Made by a program: the position numbers and the translations under genes. DNA of 64,000 bases from Mayamaea pseudoterrestris (lineage: Eukaryota): positions 496,001-560,000 of the forward strand of contig BROI01000012.1 in NCBI GenBank assembly GCA_027923505.1. Reading direction: 5' to 3'. Below the pieces are notes generated by a model that worked only from the letters and a program-made list of their open reading frames with translations, had not been told where the DNA came from and did not search any database. This document shows, in pieces, positions 55,961 through 64,000 of this stretch. Positions within the stretch are counted from its first letter, which is position 1. Each line of letters opens with the position of its first letter.

Positions 55961-57175
55961 ATGGATACGCTGGTCAACTACAGTACAGATGTAGAAAAAG
56001 TCGACGACGAAGATGACCATGAGCTAAGCTTTGTAACAGCACAGGAAGAGCAGGTGGAACCAGTCGCCGACGAGATTGTTGATGCCGATGCCGATGAATC
56101 CGTCAAAGTAGACAACTCATTTACCGAAAGGGACATCGAGACAAAAACCCTTCCTGCAGATGTGATAGAAATTGAAACAAAGAATGATAATAGGCCAGTG
56201 TCTATAGATACAGCAACAACAACGATGGCAACGTCTCGTGCCTCCAGCCAACGATTGCGCAAGCCGACGCAGCAATACAACCCAATGTCTTACCAAAAGA
56301 ACAAGGCACAGACACCAACTGAAACTGCAGACAACGTTACTAAAGGTCGGGGAATGCGCTTAGATGAATTGCCTGCCACGAAAGCAGCAATCGCGGCAGC
56401 ATCGGCACAGGAAAAGGACTTGGTACATCAACTTTTGTTTGCTCAAACACGAACGATCCACGCCAAGTCACTGGTAGTCAAGAATAATTTGCCGGATATT
56501 TTGGAGGTGAGTAACTATCACGTAAGTACTTGTCTGTATCAAAACGATCACTCATTATTGTTACGATTTATTGTTGACAGTTCAGTGGATATTTGCCGCT
56601 CAAGGAAGGGCATGACGCGGAAAAACTTGCGGCTTTGGAGGAAGAGATGGAGGTACGTTGAAGGACTTAAACTAGCAGCGCAATGTTGATCATTTAAGCA
56701 CACCTCTCAGCTTTTGCGAGTACAGGCAAAATATTCGACAAAGGCATACATGCTCAGAGTGTCCGAAATCAAAGTAATTTGCGACGCGCTGGCCATCAAT
56801 CGACGAGGCCGACATGACAAGGACTCTTTGATTGCTTGCTTGCTCAATTTCTTGGGAGTACCTTCCGAAGATGCGCTTATTGCTATTGAAAGCAATAGCA
56901 GTAGCACTGCTAATTCACCAGCGACCAAGAAAAGGAAGCGCGACCGCAAGAATACCGCCGGCGACGATGATGAGGAATCACCGAACGAGAATGCTGCAAC
57001 ATGCAAACTACCCAGCGATTTAGAATTGCGCCAATGGGTGCGAGCCTTTATTCATTGCTATAATATGGACAAGCTCACACTAAAGGCCGCCATAACGATT
57101 GCAAGCGACAAGTTTGGAGTGGACATGACGCAAACCAAGGAGAGGATGAAAGCCATGCTTGTGGAAGAATTCTGA
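55961..57175 (+). CDS. DEK-like chromatin protein, 3 exons (55961-56506, 56581-56652, 56726-57175)
   Basis: KGRGMRL, ILE|FSGY, a SAP-like segment and a C-terminal DEK_C-like LPSDLELRQWV..FGVDMT; GT-AG introns keep the frame. Confidence 0.78.
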
Positions 57176-57288
57176 TTTATAAAACCTCATAGTGACAAGG
57201 AAGTCGTAAGACACTATTATAAGCAGCTGATAAACCTATAGTAAAAGATTATCGGCAAGGTAGACGGACTTTCCGAGCGATCGAGTTC

Positions 57289-57666
57289 CTACTTCTTGTA
57301 GTAGCCTTGCTTGTATTGTTGATGTATGAATCCATACGCCATGCTGCCCCAGCCAAGTCCGATGACAGCAACAATCATTCCACCCACCACGGCACGGTTG
57401 AATGGAGGATGAAAAACTTTCTAAAAAGGCGTATAGACGGACGAGTGTTAACAATCAGGGAATCTGGAATCTTACATGCAGTAAGCAGAAACAAACCGAC
57501 CTGCACTTTCATTACGTACATGAAGTTCATCATGATCAATTGGACGCTTGGCCTTGAGTGTGTCCCAGTTTCCCTTCGCCTTGTGCATCTTTGGAGCTGC
57601 TGCTGTCGAAAGGCATCGACGGCTAGCAAGGGATCGAGCGGCGGTGCGAGAGGTAGAAAGCATCAT
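57289..57666 (-). CDS. Small mitochondrial single-TM protein (possibly a cytochrome c oxidase accessory subunit), 2 exons (57666-57520, 57420-57289)
   Basis: Presequence MMLSTSRTAARSLASRRCLS; CAT|gtacgt..tttag|AAA gives ..ELHKVFHPPFNRAVVGGMIVAVIGLGWGSMAYGFIHQQYKQGYYKK; 92 aa. Confidence 0.7.
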
Positions 57667-57869
57667 GGTCAAACTTGTAAGCGCGTTGCGAGGAAAGATT
57701 CCGTCGCGACTCGAGCGCGGGAGTAGAATCGTATCGTACCGGTACTTACATTCGCACAGAAGCATTCTATATCGATGCGACAGTAACATTGTTGCGATCG
57801 ACAGGTCACCATGGCGACGAAAATGCAGCCATCCACCTTGCCTCAACATTACAAAAAATGCGTGTCTAA

Positions 57870-59323
57870 ATGCCAGCGCCTGTATCGACTCCCATTAAAC
57901 TGCCTGCATCTGACGTTGCAGGTTCCTACAGAATAGCGACAGCAAACGGGCGCAATGGAAACAGCAGCAGTAGCAGCAGCACCAAGAAGAAAAAGAAACG
58001 ACCGGATCGGCTGATGCACGCAATCATGGTTTGCGGCATTCTATTTTGCGTCGCCGATACTTTGTATTTTGTGTTTCTTCTCGAACGTAATGTTGCCATC
58101 AAAGGAGAGGATGATGCTAGTGCAAGTAGCAATCGAGGCATGCCTTACTCGGTCATGCTGGCATTACAGCAGGGACTGTACTCGGCGGAGCATTACATTT
58201 TAGCGACGGATCAATTAACGGTAAGATCCGGAAGCAACTATTCACTGCAAGAGATTAAGAACCCAACAAGTAGCAATAAGGATCCTTTGCTAGATTTGCT
58301 GCGCGACGCAGGCATTGACCCAGCGAGTCTTGGCAATGAAACGCTCGATCAATTGCCGACTTGGAATGAAGTCACTTCGCTGTACGGCCCTGAACCCATC
58401 ATCTACGGTCTCGAAACATGTCAAGCCTATCGCGAACATTCAGATCCAGCGGAGCACTTTATTGGAGTCGCGGGCACCTTTAACACTGGGACAAACTTGC
58501 TTGCCGACTTGCTGGGCAAGAACTGCTTCATGCCGGAGCGCGTCAAGAAACACGGCGCCGAAAGTCGAGGCATGCGATGGCAAGCAACCTATGGTATGTG
58601 TAGTTGTTAATAAAATGTGTGTTGCACAAGCGGTGGATGGTTTTCATTGTTGCATATGAGCTGTTGCTTACTCAATGTACAGGTAAACACACTCCAATTG
58701 ACAATGAAACCTATCGACTTTCGCACAAGACGGACACGGATAAGAATATGAATGCCGACGACTTTTTCATTGCCGCTTGTATTCGCGACCCTGCCGTTTG
58801 GGCTCCCAGCATGTGCCGACATTCCTATGCCATGGAGTGGAGCCACGACAATGCACATTGTCCAAACTTAATCGCCAATGAGCAAGACGTCAAGATGGAT
58901 CCGTCCATGCGCGTGGGCGACAAAATTCCAGTCACCATTGAGTATGCGGAAATAACAAAGACGCATGCCACCATGTTGGATCATTACAATGACTACTATA
59001 GCGACTACAAGAAGGCAAAATTTTCTCGCGTCATTGTCAGGTTCGAGGACTTGATTTTCTTTCCAAAACAAGTCGTTTCGCAAGTTTGCCATTGCGCTGG
59101 AGGCCAGCTTGAGGACGGCCCGTTCCAGTACATTATTGAATCTGCTAAAAAGGGGAGCGCCCATGGCAAAAAGTCACAACTTACTGGCTTTGTCGACGCA
59201 ATGATTCGCTATGGCAAGAGTCAAGGTCGCTGGCGAAACATGACGCAACATGATAAAAGATATGCCGCGCACTCTTTAGATACGCAACTACTTCAAACAT
59301 TTCATTATCTTCGACCAGAGTGA
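57870..59323 (+). CDS. Type II membrane sulfotransferase-like protein; intron 58594-58682
   Basis: N-terminal TM segment; GVAGTFNTGTNLL (5'-PSB-like), YG|KH, IRDP..W..S (3'-PB-like), VRFEDL. Confidence 0.72.
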
Positions 59324-59569
59324 GATATGAGAACCACAATCTGGCCACGACTCCCCATGCTGATTGCGCCATCACTTATCGACGCATCAGTCGGTGCGAA
59401 GGCACTCGAGCAAACTCGGACACTCCAGGTTTGATCAATGTCTCACGAAAGCAACCATAACAATTTTAAGATTGGGTGGTGCCGAACGATACAAGTAGCA
59501 ATAGCATAAACGTAAATAAAAGTACAATGTTATTTCATCCACGTAGTCACACACAAACATGTATTCGCA

Positions 59570-62319
59570 TTATATTACTGGTTCCAGTGGTGAGTCAGTT
59601 CCTTCGTAGTCCGTAATGACACCTGCCTGGCCTTCACATTGCCGACGGAAGCTTTCAACGCCCCATCTCCAGTTGTCCTCGTGTAAGTAACGCAGGTAAT
59701 TATCAAGCAGCTCTTCTCCAGCTTCAACGTCTCGCACAGTCGTGTCAGCTCCATTCATATTCAGAAAAATGTTTCGATCCACAAATGGATTATAAAATGC
59801 AGACTCGAATGGACTATCTTCAAAGTCGTCTGGAGGCTTGGCCGGGTCAGCATTCATTTCCGTCACCGAATAGTTTTCTCCCATGACAAAGTTACCATTG
59901 CAACCATGATTTAGAAAGGTAAGAATCGATGCATCAACAGAGTATGCTGCTTCGCCAAAGAAGTCGCTTGAAAATCCATAGCCACCCAAATAAAACTCAA
60001 ATGGTTTGAAAAGCGCTGTGCCGCTTGCTTTGCCAACCTCATGCAGTAAGCGCTTTTGATACGGAAAGACAATGATATCGTTGACTGCTTGTTCAACGGC
60101 AATGTAGGTGTTTGCAGGCACCGCCTCTTTGAAAAAGACGCCACGACCAGCATTCGGTACTTTGCTGGGCCGAACGTCAAACGTGCCAATGGGTGCATTT
60201 TGACGCAACGGGCTTATGCCGTGGCCCTCTTCGCACAATGCTGGAGTCGGATTGCGTCGACAGAACACTTCTTCGTTAACTCGAGAAGGATGTTGATATG
60301 TCATCATCGTGGCACCGTCAAAAAATCTCAGCGGTTCACTTCCGTCCGTCGACGGCAAAATACGTCGTCGGATCTCGTAGTCTACCTGGGCCTGGGGACC
60401 ATACCATCGCTCTCCAGTTCCCATGTCCTTCCACACCGTCAAGAAAGCCCACGGCGCCAAGAAATTTCCGTGAGCTTCAGAGTAGCGCTTCATTCTTTCA
60501 AAGCCTTCGTCTTTCAGCAACTGTTCAAACTTAGAAAGCGCTGATCCGCCCAACGTGAAGGGGTCCGCTGCATCCGAAAATAAGTTATCCTCGCCGATTT
60601 GCGAGACGAATATACCGAAATCAGCGAGACTGCTGTAGAGGGCCGCTACAAAGTCCTTGTTCTGATATAGTGTATCCGAAAATTCGACAATGGAACTGGG
60701 GTCACTGGAAAGATTAGATTTGGGTCAGTTTATGGGCAGCAGTGATACACATAAGTTTGAGACAGATGAACGTACAGTGCATCCATGATCACGACATCAA
60801 ACTTGTCCTCGTCTGCCACCTTCTTGCCTTTACCGAAATTGTCCAAAAACCAAGCCGCCGCGTCAGTGTACAACACTTGCGCTCGATCGTTTTCAAAACA
60901 CGAGGGAGCACTACCCGGAATCTTGCTGCAGTCGCTCCACTCTTTCAAGTACTCGCGCGATAAGTCCACCATCTCTTTATCAATCTCAAGCATGACGACA
61001 TTCTCGACCGTTTTGTGCTTCAGTACTTCGCGAAGCGTGGCTCCTTCGCCGCCGCCAACAATGACAACTCGACGAGGATGCGCGTGAGCAAACATGCTAG
61101 GATGAACTAGCGCCTCATGGTATGCTGCTTCACCAAAGTAGCGCGACTGCATGACATTGCCCAAGTACATGATGCGATCCGGTCGATAAAAGTGTGATTG
61201 TTCTGCATGGTAGGAACCGTCATTTGAAAGTGATTTCAGGTAATTTTCGTATGTGCGAAAACGCGGATGCAAAATATCATATATCTCCACCTCCTGATAC
61301 TTGGTGTCAAGCTTGGCCACCTCCTCCTTGAGTTCACAATCCATGGAGCCAATGACCCAGGCTTCGCTGTCGACCGACTCTGGGTTGCGAAAGGCCGTTT
61401 TGTCGGTGTTAACTAAAGCTGTTCCATGAGGAAATCCTCGCATCTTGTAAGCCCACTGCAAAATGTGAGGCTCGCGTTGAAAATCTTTGATGCCACTACT
61501 CGTTGTCTCATTCTTGTTCGTCGCATACTGTGAAAACAAGTTTCGAATCATTGGAAGCAATGGCCTCAAATCCCCTTCGCCGCAAGTAAACAAGTCCATG
61601 ACCATGACGCCATGTGCCGGCCAGGTTCGAATGGAAACGTGCGACTCGAGCAGGACTCCAATGCAGCTGACTCCTGCTAGCTTTGTACTTGTTCCATTCG
61701 CAGCTGCTACATTTGATCCGCCACTGAGTATATCGTGACAATGATAGGAAAGCATGGTCAAGCCGCTTGAGCGAATTAATTCAATCAGCAAGTGCGCTAG
61801 TGGTTGCTGCGAGGCCAGTAAGGTTGCATCAACCTGAATCATGTCGATCAACAAATGCTGACCCGCTGGCATGTATGTTGTTTCATCGTCACTTTCACTC
61901 GAGGCATTGGAAACGGTCGCAGGATCATCCATCGTCTTGATGCTTCCATCGGGTGCAATCTCAGCTTGCTGGTGAAAGGCTTGCTTGGCGAGAATCGAGT
62001 TGCTCTTGGCGTATTCCTGGGTAGTGAATTGTTTCGAAGTATAAATTGTTTGAGGCATTTTGTGACCAGGAATCTCGGGATGCGGCAGCGATGACATTGA
62101 AGACGACTTTGCTATTGATTCCGGCAATTGTCCATGCGGCTGCTGCTGCAGTACTTTGATGCGGCAAAGCCTTCCAGCTCCATAGGATGCGAAACAGGCG
62201 CACAGAGTCGTAGCAAAGGCAAGACGCTTGGAAAGACGGCGATTGCGACTTGGAATGACAGGAGAGCTCGTCTTCGCAATGCTACATTCAGCCGGCTTGC
62301 CATTGTTGCGAGTCGTCAT
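59570..62319 (-). CDS. AdoMet decarboxylase - aminopropyltransferase - SET domain fusion (putative long-chain polyamine synthase/methylase), 2 exons (62319-60776, 60704-59570), 892 aa
   Basis: GQHLLID..LLESHVSIRTWP..DLFTCG (class 1B AdoMetDC); YHEALVHP, VGGGEGATLRE, EID, DVVIMDAL|DP (aminopropyltransferase); AGRGVF..FLNHGC..GEELLDNY (SET); 71-bp GT-AG intron. Confidence 0.92.
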
Positions 62320-63471
62320 GCTTTTGCAGGAAGGAATCTTCGGCGTCGGCTCTCGCTTTCGATGAAATGAACGAGATATTTGCAGTTGTTATGTACTTGA
62401 ACTACCCGCAGATCCCACGCTTGCGTAACGTTTGAATGATTTGTGAAGACTATGATACAAACGGATGAGCGAATGCGCGACCTGCAATCTTGTATGGCGA
62501 TGTTGCTTCGGATCCTCTCGATATGTCAGCACGCGAAGAGGAGCGCGTAATGGAGGCTTCCCATGGTGCTGCGCGCGACCAAGCGATCTGGTTGGCTCGT
62601 TTCGAGCACCAGCCGACGCGCAATGTGTCGCACTGGCGAATGTAAGTACCGGTACGAGATCATGACCCCTGGCATTTTCGATGTTTCGAAAGAGCCGCTC
62701 ACTTCAATCGAACTCGACTTGCGATGAATACGATACAACAATGCGTTACTTCCGACTCTTGAATTATTCTAACCTCCACGCGCTCGAGCAAAGGATTTCG
62801 GGACCATAAAACCGCTTCATACCTGCAAGCTACCGGCACCGTAGAAGGTAGAAGCTTGTCACTTGTCACACGCCACTCGTCACGCAGTATGCATTCGAAA
62901 TCCGACATAATGAATGCGATCACTAGCGCCAAATCGAACAAAAAGCAAGATTTGAAGCAAGGAATCACAGGTGGCTGTCGACTGGTGTCGCGCAATTCTC
63001 ACTTCGACTTGATGGGCCGACACGAGGCGCTGCTGCTGCTGCTGCTTGCTTTTTGAGGTCGATGCTTGATTGCTTTATAAAAGCTGGTGCATCATTACGA
63101 CATTATAATAATTGTCGAAACGGCCGCCGATAAAAATTTTCTTGCGTGCACCACTTCATCATTACCATACCAATCCACGATTAAATGCCCATTGCGCATT
63201 GCGCATGCACTATGCACTGCTAAACCGACTACGAAGCTACCGGTAGCTGACCAATCAAGCACAAACGAAGACTTTAATTTTGTGCTACATATCCAATATC
63301 CGCCCAACAAAGTTCTTGGTTCATAACTGCGACAGACCTTTCACTTCCGCGTTACATCCGACGTTCCGCCAACGAGCCGTTGAAGGCGCGAGACCATCAT
63401 TGTCACGATCCGTACGAAACATTTTAAGTACTTGTTCCATTCGTATCGTTATAACACCAGTTTTCGCTAGC

Positions 63472-64000
63472 ATGAACCATCAGGCAGCGAGCGAACGCGA
63501 TGTTGCGAGTCAGTCAACGGATGCCGCCATTAGAATGTTAGAAATGCAAGAAACAATCCAAGCACTGCAACGTGACAAGGAAAAGTCGGCCAAATTGATT
63601 GCCGCGCTGATGCGCACGGAGGAAACCAAGGACGCTCAAGTGGAGCAGCTAACAACATGGTGCCGTCAGTTGTCGACTGCAAATCAAGCTCTCCTTCAGG
63701 ACAAGGCAAACATGCTTCACCAAGCCAAACAAGCAACGGAATGGTGCCAGCAATTGTTAGAAACGAATCAGCGACTGCAGCAGGAGCATGCGCAATCAAC
63801 GGAACAGTATAGTCGACGCTTGACTGCGACCACTAGTAGCGTGACGCAGCAACGAGACATTTATGAATTGATGCGACAAAAGTCAATTTTGGTAGAGTTT
63901 GCAAGTGGACAGGCCAAGCAACTGGAACAAATAGGACAAGCTAATGCACAGCTCTTGATTTTGAACCAGGAATTGGAGCACAAAATCCGCGCCATGGAGA
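63472..64000 (+). CDS. 3'-truncated coiled-coil protein
   Basis: ATG at 63472, frame open to the window end; Gln/Glu/Leu heptad pattern (MQETIQALQRDKEKSAKLIAAL...). Confidence 0.7.
   Translation, partial: MNHQAASERDVASQSTDAAIRMLEMQETIQALQRDKEKSAKLIAALMRTEETKDAQVEQLTTWCRQLSTANQALLQDKANMLHQAKQATEWCQQLLETNQRLQQEHAQSTEQYSRRLTATTSSVTQQRDIYELMRQKSILVEFASGQAKQLEQIGQANAQLLILNQELEHKIRAME

Noticed and set aside
24129..62319. A silicification gene cluster (V-ATPase c'', silaffin-like protein, sulfotransferase-like protein, polyamine fusion)
   Set aside because: The genes are spread over ~38 kb among unrelated housekeeping genes; co-location is plausibly chance without co-expression or synteny data.

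Overview
Gene-dense eukaryotic nuclear DNA, almost certainly a diatom and probably a pennate. The evidence is short GT-AG introns, bipartite signal+ASAFAP-type plastid presequences, RxL propeptide motifs, and an AdoMetDC-aminopropyltransferase-SET fusion. About 27 protein-coding genes can be modelled by eye. They include a MORN-repeat protein, GatC-like, CtIP/Sae2, a 3-exon bZIP factor, a YnfA-family protein, a plastid metallophosphoesterase, adenylate kinase, a mucin-like Cys-repeat surface protein, a pseudo-trypsin, mid-SUN, V-ATPase c'', HOOK, AP-4 mu, a silaffin-like Ser/Gly repeat protein, a GAPN-like ALDH, IWS1, DEK, a sulfotransferase-like protein and the putative long-chain-polyamine synthesis fusion. 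The most unusual signals are non-coding. (1) Two dispersed copies of a polar 42-bp tandem array rich in TGACGT lie upstream of genes. (2) The bZIP gene has a 981-bp intron splitting the invariant Asn codon; its interior is bounded by ~80-90-bp inverted repeats flanked by TA. (3) The palindrome TACCGGTA is strongly enriched between genes. (4) There are CpG-depleted patches and an ORF-poor ~5.7-kb tract. All calls come from manual motif recognition; no database searches were run.
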